64,000 nucleotides of DNA from an uncultured Actinomycetota bacterium (GTDB lineage: Bacteria; Actinomycetota; Actinomycetes; JAFAQI01): contig CAVYQE010000001.1 in NCBI GenBank assembly GCA_963770565.1, positions 768,001 through 832,000 on the forward strand, in the 5' to 3' direction. The position numbers were made by a program, and so were the translations under genes. Below are positions 10,461 through 21,121 of the stretch, one piece after another; position 1 is the first letter of the stretch, and every line of letters starts with the position of its first letter. The notes below the pieces were generated by a model. It ran no database searches and was not told where the DNA came from. It saw only the letters and a program-made list of their open reading frames with translations.

Positions 10461-11567
10461 ATGACCACCCACAAGGTGACTCTGATTCCCGGTGACGGGA
10501 CCGGCCCCGAACTCACCGAGGCGACCCGCCGGGTGCTCGAGGCCGCCGCAGCGACGGCCGGGGCGTCGTTCGAGTGGGACCAGCAAGAGGCCGGCATCGA
10601 CATCATGGAGATCGCCGGCACGCCGCTGCCCGAAGCGACGATCGACTCGGTCCGGCGTACCGGTCTGGCCATCAAGGGCCCGATCACCACGCCGATCGGC
10701 ACCGGCTTCCGCTCGGTCAACGTCGCCCTGCGCTACGAGCTCGACCTGTACGCCTGCGTCCGCCCGTGCAAGACCTACGCCGGCATGCGCACCCGGTTCG
10801 AGCACGTCGACGTCGTGATCGTCCGCGAGAACACCGAGGACCTCTACGCCGGGATCGAGTACGAAGCCGGCACCCCGGTCGCCGAACAGGTCATCGACTA
10901 CCTCAACGGCTTGCAGGACAAGCAGATCCGGTCCGGCTCGGGCATCTCGATCAAGCCGATGAGCGAGTTCGGGTCGGAGCGAATCATCCGCTACGCGTTC
11001 GAGTACGCCCGTAACAACGGTCGCAAGCGGGTCCACTGCGTGACCAAGTCCAACATCATGAAATACACCGACGGCCTGTTCCTCGCCGTCTTCCGCGAGA
11101 TCGCGAAGGAATACCCCGACATCGAGCCGTGGGAAAACCTCGTCGACGCGACCTGCATGGGTCTGATCCAGCGCCCGGAGGAGTGGGACGTGCTGGTGCT
11201 GCCGAACCTCTACGGCGACATCCTGTCCGACCTCACCGCCGGCATGGTCGGCGGTTTGGGCGTCGCGCCGGGCGGCAACATCGGGACGAAGGCGGCCGTG
11301 TTCGAGGCCACCCACGGCTCGGCGCCAAAGTACAAAGGCCTGAACAAGGTGAATCCGACCGCGATGATCCTCTCCGGCGAGATGATGCTTCGGCATGTCG
11401 GCGAGATCAAGGCGGCCGACAACCTCGAACGCGCGGTCTCCGAAGTGATCGCCGAAGGCACGAGCGTCACCTACGACCTCAAGCCGCGACGTGACGACCC
11501 GACCGCGGTGGGCACGAGCCAGTACGCCGACGCGATCATCGCCAAGCTCGAGGGGATGACCTCCTAG
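10461..11567 (+). CDS. icd: Isocitrate/isopropylmalate dehydrogenase family protein, probable isocitrate dehydrogenase
   Basis: IPGDGTGPE, KGPITTP, RSVNVALR, RENTEDLY, NLYGDILSD, EATHGSAPK; coupled to mdh. Confidence 0.85.
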   Translation: MTTHKVTLIPGDGTGPELTEATRRVLEAAAATAGASFEWDQQEAGIDIMEIAGTPLPEATIDSVRRTGLAIKGPITTPIGTGFRSVNVALRYELDLYACVRPCKTYAGMRTRFEHVDVVIVRENTEDLYAGIEYEAGTPVAEQVIDYLNGLQDKQIRSGSGISIKPMSEFGSERIIRYAFEYARNNGRKRVHCVTKSNIMKYTDGLFLAVFREIAKEYPDIEPWENLVDATCMGLIQRPEEWDVLVLPNLYGDILSDLTAGMVGGLGVAPGGNIGTKAAVFEATHGSAPKYKGLNKVNPTAMILSGEMMLRHVGEIKAADNLERAVSEVIAEGTSVTYDLKPRRDDPTAVGTSQYADAIIAKLEGMTS

Positions 11568-12520
11568 TGGCTGCACAGAAGGTGACCGTCGTCGGGTCCG
11601 GCTTCTACGGCTCGACGACCGCGCAACGACTCGCTGAGTACGACGTGTTCGACACGGTGTTCCTCACCGACATCATCGAGGGCAAGCCCGAGGGTCTCGC
11701 CCTCGACATGAACCAGTCGCGCCCGATCGAAGGATTCGAGACCAAGGTGGTCGGCGTGACGACCGGGCTCGACGGCTCCGGCTACGAGGTCACGGCCGGC
11801 TCCGACATCGTGGTCATCACTGCCGGGCTGCCTCGCAAGCCGGGGATGAGCCGGATGGACCTGATCGAGACCAACGCGAAGATCGTCCGCCAGGTCGCCG
11901 AGCAGGTCGCCCGGCACTCGCCGAACGCGGTGCTGATCGTGGTGTCCAACCCGCTCGACGAGATGACCGCGCTCGCTGCCAACGTCACCGGCTTCGACAA
12001 GAGCCGAGTGATCGGACAGGCCGGCATGCTCGACACCGCTCGCTTCACCAACTTCGTCGCGGAGCAGGTCGGCGTACCGGTCGGATCGGTGCGGACGCTG
12101 ACGCTGGGCTCGCACGGCGACACGATGGTCCCGGTGCCGAGCGCCTGCACGGTCGACGGCAAGCCGCTGACCGACCTGCTTGACGCCGCAACGATCGAGG
12201 ACCTGGTGACCCGCACCCGCAACGGAGGCGCCGAGGTGGTCGCGCTGTTGAAGACCGGCTCGGCCTACTACGCGCCATCGGCGGCCGCGGCCCGGATGGC
12301 GAAGGCGGTCGCGGAGGACAGCGGAGCCGTCATGCCGGTCTGCACCTGGGTGGACGGCGAGTACGGGATCAGCGGGGTCTTCCTCGGGGTCGAGGCCGAG
12401 CTCGGCGCGGGTGGCATCCGCCGGGTGGTCGAGCGCGACCTCAGCGACAGCGAGCTCGCCGGGCTGAAGGAGGCGGCCGAGGCCGTGCGCAGCAAACAAG
12501 CCGACGTCGCCGATCTCTAA
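11567..12520 (+). CDS. mdh: Malate dehydrogenase (LDH-like)
   Basis: TAGLPRKPGMSRMDL, VSNPLD, LDTARF, LGSHGD, RTRNGGAEVV. Confidence 0.95.
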   Translation: MAAQKVTVVGSGFYGSTTAQRLAEYDVFDTVFLTDIIEGKPEGLALDMNQSRPIEGFETKVVGVTTGLDGSGYEVTAGSDIVVITAGLPRKPGMSRMDLIETNAKIVRQVAEQVARHSPNAVLIVVSNPLDEMTALAANVTGFDKSRVIGQAGMLDTARFTNFVAEQVGVPVGSVRTLTLGSHGDTMVPVPSACTVDGKPLTDLLDAATIEDLVTRTRNGGAEVVALLKTGSAYYAPSAAAARMAKAVAEDSGAVMPVCTWVDGEYGISGVFLGVEAELGAGGIRRVVERDLSDSELAGLKEAAEAVRSKQADVADL

Positions 12521-12532
12521 GTACGAGGCGAC

Positions 12533-13825
12533 GTGATCTGGCTCAGCGTCGTCGTCGTATTGGTCCTCGTCCTCATCGAGGCGATCTTCGCGGCGAGTGA
12601 GATGGCCTTAGTGTCGCTGCGTGAGGGCCAGATCAACGCGCTCGCCGAGCAGGGCCGTCGCGGCCAGCGGGTCGCGGCCCTGATCTCGAATCCCAACCGC
12701 TTCCTGTCGGCGGTGCAGATCGGCGTGACGACGACCGCGCTGCTGTCCAGTGCGTTCGGAGCCGTGACGCTGTCGCATTCGATGGGTCGGGCGCTGCGCA
12801 GCCTGGGGATGTCCCGCCGCCCGTCGGAGGTCCTGGGCTTCCTGGTCGTCACGCTGGTCATCGCCTATGTGACGCTGGTCGTCGGAGAGCTCGCTCCCAA
12901 GCGGATCGCCTTGCAGCGGGCGCAGTCGACTGCCGGAGTGGTCGCACCGACCCTCGACTGGTTCGCCGGCGCGATGCGGCCGGTCATCTGGCTGCTGTCG
13001 GTCTCCACCGACCTCGTCGTACGAGCCTTGGGCGGCGACCCGTCCATCGGTCGGACCTCGATCAGCCACACCGAGCTGCGCGACCTCGTAACCGGGCACG
13101 AGGCGCTCAGCCGGGACGAACGCAAGCTGATCGACGACGTCTTCGAGGCGGGCGAGCGTCAGGTCCGCGAGATCATGGTGCCGCGCACCGAGGTCGAGTT
13201 CTTCGACGCCACCTGGCTGTTGAGCCGCGCGATGCGAGCAGCGCACGAGTCGCCGCACAGCCGGTTCCCGGTGGTGCGGGGCTCGCACGACGACGTGATC
13301 GGCTTTATTCACGTCCGCGACCTGTTCCGGCCGGAGGCCGGGCAGCGACGGGGGCTGAAGGTCGGCGACCTAGCCCGCGTGGTCGCGATGGTGCCCGCGA
13401 CCAAGCAGGTGCTGTCGACGATGTCGGAGATGCGCCGCAACGGCGACCATCTCGCCGTTGTCGTCGACGAGTACGGCGGCACCGCCGGCATCGTCACGCT
13501 GGAGGACCTGATCGAGGAGCTGGTCGGCGACATCCGCGACGAGTACGACGTCGCCGACGACGAGGCCAAGCAGCTGCGGGGCGGCGACATGGAGGTCGAC
13601 GGGTTGCTCAACCTGGACGACTTCGCCGAGGCGACCGGCGCCGAGCTGCCCGATGGGCCCTATGAGACGGTTGCGGGCGCGATGATGGCCACCCTCGGCC
13701 GGCTGCCGCGTGGCGGCGACGCCGTCGAGCTGGACGGGATCAGGCTCAAAGTGGCGAAAATGGATGGTCGGCGGATCGCCAGGGTCCGGGTGACCTTGCT
13801 CGCCGACGACGACAGCTCACGCTGA
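12533..13825 (+). CDS. Hemolysin/CNNM family (DUF21-CBS-CorC) transporter
   Basis: [43 protein letters not shown]. Confidence 0.93.
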   Translation: MIWLSVVVVLVLVLIEAIFAASEMALVSLREGQINALAEQGRRGQRVAALISNPNRFLSAVQIGVTTTALLSSAFGAVTLSHSMGRALRSLGMSRRPSEVLGFLVVTLVIAYVTLVVGELAPKRIALQRAQSTAGVVAPTLDWFAGAMRPVIWLLSVSTDLVVRALGGDPSIGRTSISHTELRDLVTGHEALSRDERKLIDDVFEAGERQVREIMVPRTEVEFFDATWLLSRAMRAAHESPHSRFPVVRGSHDDVIGFIHVRDLFRPEAGQRRGLKVGDLARVVAMVPATKQVLSTMSEMRRNGDHLAVVVDEYGGTAGIVTLEDLIEELVGDIRDEYDVADDEAKQLRGGDMEVDGLLNLDDFAEATGAELPDGPYETVAGAMMATLGRLPRGGDAVELDGIRLKVAKMDGRRIARVRVTLLADDDSSR

Positions 13826-13847
13826 CCCGCACGAGGAAGATGGAGCC

Positions 13848-14852
13848 ATGCCTGCCGACCGTCCGCGCGTACTGTCCGGCATCCAGCCGACGGCCGACTC
13901 GTTTCACCTCGGCAACTACCTGGGCGCCATCCGCCAGTGGGTGGCGCTTCAGGACAGCCACGAGGCCTTCTACTGTGTCGTCGACCTGCATGCGATCACC
14001 ATCGAGCACGACCCGGCGCTGTTGCGGGAACGCACCCGGGTCGCGGCCGCGCAGCTGCTGGCCTCCGGGCTCGATCCCGACCGTTGCGCGCTGTTCGCAC
14101 AGAGTCACGTGCCGGCTCATGCCGAGCTGACCTGGGTGCTGAGCTGCATCACCGGGTTCGGCGAGGCGAGCCGGATGACGCAGTTCAAGGACAAGTCGGC
14201 CAAGCAGGCGACCACGTCGGTCGGGCTGTTCACGTACCCGATCCTGCAGGCCGCGGACATCCTGCTCTACCAGGCCGTGCAGGTGCCGGTCGGTGAGGAT
14301 CAGCGGCAGCATCTCGAGCTGACCCGTGACCTCGCGCAGCGCTTCAACGCCCGCTTCGGCGAGACCTTCGTGGTGCCGGAGCCCTACATCGTCAAGGAGA
14401 CCGCGAAGATCCTCGACCTCGCCGACCCGACCGCCAAGATGAGCAAGTCGAGCGAGTCGCAGGTCGGCGTCGTCGACATCCTCGACGAGCCGGACGTCAT
14501 CGTGCGCAAGATCAAGCGTGCCGTGACCGACACCGGCACCGAGATCCGCTTCGACGACGAGAAGCCTGGTGTCAGCAACCTGCTGACGATTGCGTCGACG
14601 TTGACCGGACGCAGCATCGCTTCGCTCGAGTCGGACTACGAAGGCAAGGGCTATGGCGTACTCAAGACCGACGTCGCCGACCTCGTCATCGAGTTCGCGA
14701 CGCCGTTGCGGGAGCGCACCGCCGCATGGCTGGCGGACGGCGATCGGCTCGCGGCGGTGCTCGCGGACGGTGCGGCAAAGGCTCGGGCGGTTGCGGACAA
14801 GACCCTCGCCGCGGCCTACGACGCGGTGGGTTTCCTGCCGGCCGGGCCGTGA
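13848..14852 (+). CDS. trpS: Tryptophan--tRNA ligase
   Basis: [35 protein letters not shown]. Confidence 0.98.
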   Translation: MPADRPRVLSGIQPTADSFHLGNYLGAIRQWVALQDSHEAFYCVVDLHAITIEHDPALLRERTRVAAAQLLASGLDPDRCALFAQSHVPAHAELTWVLSCITGFGEASRMTQFKDKSAKQATTSVGLFTYPILQAADILLYQAVQVPVGEDQRQHLELTRDLAQRFNARFGETFVVPEPYIVKETAKILDLADPTAKMSKSSESQVGVVDILDEPDVIVRKIKRAVTDTGTEIRFDDEKPGVSNLLTIASTLTGRSIASLESDYEGKGYGVLKTDVADLVIEFATPLRERTAAWLADGDRLAAVLADGAAKARAVADKTLAAAYDAVGFLPAGP

Positions 14853-15430
14853 CCGCGGAAGCGACCCGCGACATCGGTGTCGCGATCGGGATCCCGGAGC
14901 CGTACGGCGGCGAGCTGCAGGGCTGGCGGGAACGCCTCGGCGACCCGAACGCGAACCGGATCGTTCCGCACGTGACGCTGCTGCCACCGACCGCGGTCGC
15001 GACCGAGCTGCTCCCGACGATCGAGGAGCACCTGCGGCTGGTCGCGACCCAGTTCCGCCAGTTCTCGATCCGGTTGCGCGGATCGGCGACCTTCCTGCCG
15101 GTGTCGTCGGTGGTTTTCGTGCCGCTCGTGCAGGGAATCGCCGAGTGCGAGCAGTTGGAGGAGAAGGTGCGCACGGGCCCGTTGCTTCGGGAGGTTGGCT
15201 ACGCCTACCACCCGCACGTCACGGTGGCGCATGACCTGCCCGACGAGGCGCTCTACAACGCGTGGACGGCGATGTCGGCGTACGACGCGTCGTTCCAGGT
15301 GTTCGGCTTCACGTTGTTCGAGCAGGGGCCGGACGAGGTCTGGCGCCCGCAGCGTGACTTCACCTTCGGCGGCGGCGGCCTGCCCGGTCCGTCGGCGGAG
15401 CCGTCCGCGCGGCACAACGAGGGCTGGTGA
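14849..15430 (+). CDS. 2H phosphoesterase (2'-5' RNA ligase family)
   Basis: Two HxT motifs (PHVTL, PHVTV); GTG overlaps trpS stop. Confidence 0.88.
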   Translation: MTAEATRDIGVAIGIPEPYGGELQGWRERLGDPNANRIVPHVTLLPPTAVATELLPTIEEHLRLVATQFRQFSIRLRGSATFLPVSSVVFVPLVQGIAECEQLEEKVRTGPLLREVGYAYHPHVTVAHDLPDEALYNAWTAMSAYDASFQVFGFTLFEQGPDEVWRPQRDFTFGGGGLPGPSAEPSARHNEGW

Positions 15431-16290
15431 GGATCGCCGACCTGCGGACCCGCGCCGACCAGGTGCAGCGTCGGCATCGTTGGCTGGCGTTTCCCTATGC
15501 AGTGGTCAAGAAGTTCGGCGAGGACTCCTCGAGCCATCTCGCCGTCGTCATCACCTACTACGCGTTCTTCTCGATCTTCCCGTTGCTGCTCGCGCTGGCC
15601 TCCATCCTCGGCTTTGTGCTGCACGGCAACCCGGCCTGGCAGAAGTCGATCGAGGACTCCGCGCTACACCACTTCCCACTGATCTCCGGCCCGATCCCCG
15701 AGCACGGCAGCGTCCTGATCGTCGTGGTCGGCTTCGTGCTCGCCGTCTACAGCGGGCTCGGCGTCGCGAAGGCGGCGCAGCAGGCGTGGGACGTCGTGTA
15801 CGGCGTGCCGCGGGCCGAGCGGCCGGGGTTCGTCGCGAACAACCTGCGGGCGCTGCGGCTCGTAGTGGTCGGCGGGGCCGGGTTGATCGCCACTACGGTC
15901 GTGTCGACCGCGGTCGCGAGTGGAGCCGCGATCGGCCTGCACGTAGGCGTCGGGCTCACGGTGCTGAGCATGGTCGTCACGCTGGTGCTCAACACGGTGC
16001 TGTTCGCGGTGGTCTTCCGCTGGCTGACCAGCCGCGAGGTGTCGTTCCGGGATGTGCTGCCCGGCGCCGCGCTGTCCGCGGTGGCCATCGGCGTCCTGCA
16101 GGCGCTCGCGTCGGCGTTCATCGCACACAAGCTGAAGGACACCAAGGCGGCGTACGGGTCGTTCGGCACCGTGATCGTGGTGCTGTCGTGGTTCTCCCTG
16201 CAGTCGCAGGTGTTGCTGGCCTCCGCGCAGGTCAACGTGGTCAAGCAGGACCGGCTATGGCCCCGCTCGATGAAAGGACCTGCAGCCTAG
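15427..16290 (+). CDS. YihY/BrkB family membrane protein
   Basis: TYYAFFSIFPLLL, YGSFGTVIVVLSW. Confidence 0.9.
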   Translation: MRIADLRTRADQVQRRHRWLAFPYAVVKKFGEDSSSHLAVVITYYAFFSIFPLLLALASILGFVLHGNPAWQKSIEDSALHHFPLISGPIPEHGSVLIVVVGFVLAVYSGLGVAKAAQQAWDVVYGVPRAERPGFVANNLRALRLVVVGGAGLIATTVVSTAVASGAAIGLHVGVGLTVLSMVVTLVLNTVLFAVVFRWLTSREVSFRDVLPGAALSAVAIGVLQALASAFIAHKLKDTKAAYGSFGTVIVVLSWFSLQSQVLLASAQVNVVKQDRLWPRSMKGPAA

Positions 16291-16305
16291 AGCGGCCGAG
16301 GTCTG

Positions 16306-16509
16306 TTAGGAGACCGCGCGGACCTTGTCCGCTTGCGGGCCCTTTTGCCCCTCGGTGACCTCGAACTCGACCCGCTGGCCTTCTTCGAGGGACTTGTAAC
16401 CGTCCATCTCGATTGCGCTGTAGTGAACGAACACGTCACTACCGCCGTCCACGGCGATGAACCCGTAGCCCTTTTCGCCGTTGAACCACTTGACGCTGCC
16501 TTGTGCCAC
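16306..16509 (-). CDS. cspA: Cold-shock protein
   Basis: [31 protein letters not shown]; GTG start 16509. Confidence 0.96.
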   Translation of the reverse strand: MAQGSVKWFNGEKGYGFIAVDGGSDVFVHYSAIEMDGYKSLEEGQRVEFEVTEGQKGPQADKVRAVS

Positions 16510-16653
16510 AACTACCCCAGGTTGCTCGATCCCGCCCCGCCTCCTTGGCGACGCGCTACCCGCTCCAGGAGCGGATTGGCGAGGACAATACACGCCCGGG
16601 GCGGGTTGCGGGAGGGGTCTGGCCCACCAAGATCGTTCGGCGCGATTTAGGCG

Positions 16654-17814
16654 TCAGATCGGGGGGAGCTTCAACCGCGGGCGGTATCGGCGGTAGCGCC
16701 GCCGGCGGCGCCGCGCGACGACCATCGCCACTGCCGCGAGCACCAGGATCGCACCGATCGCGATCTCGACCGTGCGCATCGAGATCCCGATCGCGTGACC
16801 GCCGGACTTCGCCTGCACCGAGTGCTCGCCGCTTCCCACCGGAGTCACCGACGAGACCTGCTTGGCCTTCCCGGGCGCCAGCGGGTCGACCAGGGTGCCG
16901 ATCGGGTCGACCGAGCCGTTCGCCTTGAATCCCCAGTTCAGCAGGTCGGCGGCCATCGGCCACCAGATCGGGTATGCGTGCATCAAGGCGACGAGGATGG
17001 TCTGGCCGTGCCGGGTGGCCGCGCCGACGTACGTCGCCTGCGCGGCGACGGTGTAGCCGTTCTTGCCGCCGATGTCCCCGCGGTACGTCGTCAGCAGGTT
17101 GTTGTGGCTCTGGATCTGGAAGTGCTTGTGGTGCGGCGCTGGCATCGTGCTGTGGGCGAGGGAGAGGTAGTAGCGGAACGCCGGGATCTTGAAGTCGGCC
17201 CGGGCAATCAGCGCCAAGTCGTACGCCGAGGTCGTCTCACCGACGCCGTCGAGTCCGCTGGGCGTGTCGGCGTTGGTGTCGTCGGCCTGCAGGTGGCGGG
17301 CCTCGACGTTCATCTCGCCGACCGTCTTCTTGATCCCGCCATTGGCCTGGGCGAGCGCGTCGGCCGCGTCGTTCGCGCTCATCTCGAGCATGCAGGTGAA
17401 CAGCGTCTTGATCGGATAGTTCATCCCCGGCACCAGGCCGGCTCTGGTGCCGTCGACCCTCGCGTCCCGGTCCGTCACCTGGAACTCCGACTGCGGGTCG
17501 AGCTTGGGAAGCAGGGTCAGGGCGGTCAGCGTCTTCAGCGTGCTCGCCGGCAGGAACTTCCCGTGCGGGTCCTTCGCGGCCAGGATCTGTCCAGTGGTCA
17601 GGTTGGCGACCAGCCACGACGATGCGGGCAGGCTGGCTGGCGGCGGCAGCGCCGGCGCACCGGCCAGCGGGCGCTCGATGACGCCGGTGGAGCCCAGCAA
17701 GGGCCCACCGATGGGCTGGGCCGACCCGTTCTTGGGCGCGGCGACGGCGCCCACTTCGCCGGCTGCGACGGTGAGCAGACCCGCAGCGACTGCCGCGATC
17801 AGTCGGGCGTGCAT
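16654..17814 (-). CDS. D-alanyl-D-alanine carboxypeptidase (S11), membrane anchored
   Basis: PASTLK (SxxK), SAN, KNG triad; signal peptide and C-terminal TM. Confidence 0.92.
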   Translation of the reverse strand: MHARLIAAVAAGLLTVAAGEVGAVAAPKNGSAQPIGGPLLGSTGVIERPLAGAPALPPPASLPASSWLVANLTTGQILAAKDPHGKFLPASTLKTLTALTLLPKLDPQSEFQVTDRDARVDGTRAGLVPGMNYPIKTLFTCMLEMSANDAADALAQANGGIKKTVGEMNVEARHLQADDTNADTPSGLDGVGETTSAYDLALIARADFKIPAFRYYLSLAHSTMPAPHHKHFQIQSHNNLLTTYRGDIGGKNGYTVAAQATYVGAATRHGQTILVALMHAYPIWWPMAADLLNWGFKANGSVDPIGTLVDPLAPGKAKQVSSVTPVGSGEHSVQAKSGGHAIGISMRTVEIAIGAILVLAAVAMVVARRRRRRYRRYRPRLKLPPI

Positions 17815-17898
17815 CACGGGTACGCTACCCGCCCCGCGCAAGCCCCGGAACCGGCGGCGGTTGGCGCGACCCTCGGTCGGTGTGGTGTCGTACCTCCC

Positions 17899-19047
17899 GT
17901 GGAGATCGCATTTACCTCTTCGCCGAGGTCGAGCCTGGGCGTCGAATGGGAGCTTGAGCTCATCGACACCGAGTCCCGCGAGCTGGCCAGTGCGGCGTCC
18001 GACATTCTCGGGGAGATCGCGGGTCCGGGGGGCGCCGAGCATCCGAAGGCCAAGCACGAGCTGCTCGAGTCGTGCATCGAGGTGATCACCGGGGTCTGCG
18101 GAACCGTCGACGAGGCGGTCGAGGACCTGCGCGGCACGGTGGCCGAGGTTGCCGCTGCGGCGTCCACGCGCGGGCTCGGGCTGATGTGCTCCGGCACGCA
18201 TCCGACCAGCGACTGGGCGACCCAGCAGATCAGCCCCAACCCGCGCTACGCGAAGCTGGTCGAGGACATGCAGTGGCTGGCCCGCCGGATGCAGATCTTC
18301 GGCGTACACGTCCACGTCGGAGTCCGGTCGCCGGAGAAGGCGATCCCGATCGTCAACGCGCTGACGGCGTACATCCCGCACTTCCTGGCTCTTTCGGCGT
18401 CCTCGCCGTACTGGGTGGGCACCGACACCGGGCTGGCATCGGCCCGGAGCAAGGTGTTCGAGGGACTGCCCACCGCGGGCATTCCGTACCAGCTTTCCGG
18501 GTGGAACGACTTCGAGCACTACATGGCGACGCTGATCTCGGCGCACACGATCAACTCGGTGCGCGAGGTGTGGTGGGACGTGCGGCCGCACCCGCAGTTC
18601 GGCACGGTCGAGCTGCGGATCTGTGACGGCCTGCCGACCCTGTACGAGATCTCCTGGGCCGCTGCGATGTCGCAATGCCTGGTCGAGATGTTCAACGGGC
18701 AGCTCGATCGCGGCTACACCCTGCCGGTGCCGAAGGGCTGGACGATTCGGGAGAACAAATGGCGGGCGGCCAGGTACGGCATCGACACCGACCTGATCGT
18801 GGACAACGACGGGCGGACCGAGCCGTTGCGCGACCTCATCGCCGAGCTGGTCGACGACCTCGCGCCGATTGCCGAGCGACTGGAGTGCCGGGAGGAGTTG
18901 TTCCGCGCGAAGCGGATCCTCGAGGTAGGCCCCAGCTATCTGCGGCAGCGCCGGGCCGCGCAGGCCGCCGGTGGTGACCTCAGCGCCGTGGTCGACGCGC
19001 TGATGAAGGAGATGCGCGACAACCTGCCAGCGGGAATCAGCGAATGA
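17899..19047 (+). CDS. Glutamate--cysteine ligase / carboxylate-amine ligase (YbdK, GCS2)
   Basis: LGVEWEL, FGVHVHVG, ALSASSP, WWDVRPHPQFGTVELRICD, ENKWRAARYG. Confidence 0.93.
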   Translation: MEIAFTSSPRSSLGVEWELELIDTESRELASAASDILGEIAGPGGAEHPKAKHELLESCIEVITGVCGTVDEAVEDLRGTVAEVAAAASTRGLGLMCSGTHPTSDWATQQISPNPRYAKLVEDMQWLARRMQIFGVHVHVGVRSPEKAIPIVNALTAYIPHFLALSASSPYWVGTDTGLASARSKVFEGLPTAGIPYQLSGWNDFEHYMATLISAHTINSVREVWWDVRPHPQFGTVELRICDGLPTLYEISWAAAMSQCLVEMFNGQLDRGYTLPVPKGWTIRENKWRAARYGIDTDLIVDNDGRTEPLRDLIAELVDDLAPIAERLECREELFRAKRILEVGPSYLRQRRAAQAAGGDLSAVVDALMKEMRDNLPAGISE

Positions 19048-20219
19048 GCGTTGCAGAATTCCTGGCCGACAACGGTCAGCGGCTGGTCGAGGTGCGCCGC
19101 GACCTGCACGCGCATCCCGAGCTGAGCCGCGAGGAGCGGCGTACGACGGACCTGCTGGCCGACGCGCTGTCGCATGTCGGGCTCGCACCCCGGATCCTGC
19201 CGTCCGGCACCGGCCTGCTGTGCGACATCGGACCGGAGCCGCCGACCGTCGCCTTCCGAGCCGACCTCGATGCGCTGCCGATCCCGGACTCGAAGGACGT
19301 CAGCTACCGGTCCAAGGTCGACGGCGTCACCCACGCCTGCGGCCACGACGTGCACGCGACGGTCGTGCTGGGCACCGGGCTGGCGCTGGCCCGGATCGCC
19401 GCGCGCGGCGAGCTGCACCGCGGCGTGCGGCTGGTCTTCCAGCCGGCCGAGGAGGTGGTGCCGGGCGGCGCGCTCGACGTGATCGCCGCGGGCGGCCTTG
19501 ACGGGATACAGCGGATCTACGCCGTCCACTGCGATCCCGGCGTCGATGTCGGGCAGGTCGGCCTCCGGACCGGACCGATTACGGCGGCGAGCGATCACAT
19601 CGAGGTGCGGCTGACCGGGCCCGGCGGGCACACCGCCCGCCCGCACCTGACCGCGGATCTGGTGACGGCGCTCGGCGCCGTGGTGACCGGAGTTCCCGCG
19701 CTGCTGGCCCGGCGGGTGGATCCGCGGGCCGGGCTCGCGCTGGTCTGGGGCCGGGTCAGCGCGGGCACGGTGTCCAACGTGATTCCGCGCAGCGGCCGTG
19801 CGGACGGCACGGTGCGCACGCTGTCGCGCGAGCTCTGGGAGACGCTGCCGCCGATCGTCGAGGACGCGATCCACGCGGTTGCGGCGCCGTTCGGAGTCGG
19901 GGTCGAGCTGGTCTACACCCGCGGGGTGCCGCCGGTCGTCAATGACGCAGCCAGCATCGTGTCGCTCGATGCCGCGGTCCGCGCCTCGGTCGAGGGCGGT
20001 CAGGTGTGTGACAGCGCGCAGAGCCTGGGCGGCGAGGACTTCGCCTGGTATCTCGACCGGGTGCCGGGCGCGCTGGCCAGGCTCGGGGTGCGGTCACCGG
20101 GCAGCAAGGTCGTGATGGACCTTCACCAGTCGAGCTTCGACGTCGACGAGCGCTGCATCTCGGTGGGTGTTCAGCTGCTGACCGGGGTGGCGCTCGGCGC
20201 CGGTTGGGGCACCGACTGA
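19044..20219 (+). CDS. M20D amidohydrolase
   Basis: HAHPELS, RADLDAL, HACGHD, FQPAEE, GEDF, LHQSSF. Confidence 0.93.
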   Translation: MSVAEFLADNGQRLVEVRRDLHAHPELSREERRTTDLLADALSHVGLAPRILPSGTGLLCDIGPEPPTVAFRADLDALPIPDSKDVSYRSKVDGVTHACGHDVHATVVLGTGLALARIAARGELHRGVRLVFQPAEEVVPGGALDVIAAGGLDGIQRIYAVHCDPGVDVGQVGLRTGPITAASDHIEVRLTGPGGHTARPHLTADLVTALGAVVTGVPALLARRVDPRAGLALVWGRVSAGTVSNVIPRSGRADGTVRTLSRELWETLPPIVEDAIHAVAAPFGVGVELVYTRGVPPVVNDAASIVSLDAAVRASVEGGQVCDSAQSLGGEDFAWYLDRVPGALARLGVRSPGSKVVMDLHQSSFDVDERCISVGVQLLTGVALGAGWGTD

Positions 20220-20223
20220 CGGC

Positions 20224-20619
20224 TCAGGAGTACTTGTGGCCGGCCAGGATGATCCAGCCGCCCGGATGCGTACCGGTGGCGTGGTGCGTGTAGTGGATGA
20301 CCGGATGTCCCGGGTCCGGCTCGAACTGGCCGTGGATCTCGACGACGTCGCCGGGCTCGACCGGCACCCTGGGCGCCAAGGTCAGGTTGTGGTCGATCTC
20401 GACCAGGTGGCCGAGGACGCGGATGTCGAAGTCCTCGTGCGGTCCCTCGGGTCCGTTCGAGTCGGGGAGTACCGCGGTCACCGTCCCGCGAACCGTCACC
20501 TCTCCCGCCGTCGCTGCGGTCAGGTCGTGGACGAAGCCGGCGTTGTCGACGTGCGCCTGCCCGCACCCGGCCAACCCCGCGGCCAGTGCCACGATCACTA
20601 AGCCGGCGCGGGCCCGCAT
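20224..20619 (-). CDS. DUF3465-like OB-fold lipoprotein
   Basis: Lipobox LAGC; HEDF, HNLTLAPR, VIHYTH, HPGGW. Confidence 0.75.
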   Translation of the reverse strand: MRARAGLVIVALAAGLAGCGQAHVDNAGFVHDLTAATAGEVTVRGTVTAVLPDSNGPEGPHEDFDIRVLGHLVEIDHNLTLAPRVPVEPGDVVEIHGQFEPDPGHPVIHYTHHATGTHPGGWIILAGHKYS

Positions 20620-21072
20620 TCAGGGACCGACGGTCCGGCATGGCCTGGCCCTCAGCTCCGCGACGTAGTCGTCGGGGGCGCCGGCGACCTCGGCCGCATC
20701 GGCCATCACGCCGAGGTAGCGCGCCGACGGCAGGCCGCCCTCGTAGCCGTCGAGCACGTAGAGCCAGGAGAGCAGCAGTCCGTCCAGGGTGTGCACCCGC
20801 ACCCGGATCTTGTTGTAGAGGCCCGTAGTGGCGAACTCGATCTCGTCGAGAATCGACTCGTCGTGCCCCGTGACGTCGTAGATCATGACGAAGACCCGGT
20901 TGCCGGGATCCTCGACGACGGTGGCCAGCGACCCTTCCCAGCCGAGATCCTCACCGCCGAAGGTCAGCCGCCAGCCTTCCAGCCAGCCGGTGCCTTGCGA
21001 GGGTGAGTGTGGGCAACGCTCGCGCATCTGCTGCGGATCGAGATTGGATCCGTACGCCGCGTAGAAGGCCAC
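20620..21072 (-). CDS. Gamma-glutamylcyclotransferase family protein
   Basis: YAAYGSNL, RCPHSP, YEGGLPSARYLG; divergent from lpdA. Confidence 0.9.
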   Translation of the reverse strand: MAFYAAYGSNLDPQQMRERCPHSPSQGTGWLEGWRLTFGGEDLGWEGSLATVVEDPGNRVFVMIYDVTGHDESILDEIEFATTGLYNKIRVRVHTLDGLLLSWLYVLDGYEGGLPSARYLGVMADAAEVAGAPDDYVAELRARPCRTVGP

Positions 21073-21121
21073 GCCGCGAAGCGTAGTGAGCCGCTCTTGC
21101 CGGCAGGCAACAATGTCCCCT

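Noticed and set aside
16654-19188. Very long overlapping ORFs (844 aa and 750 aa here; also 47802-49919, 28424-30028 and others)
   Set aside because: Shadow ORFs from high GC and strong codon bias. The real genes are the motif-bearing portions with downstream starts.
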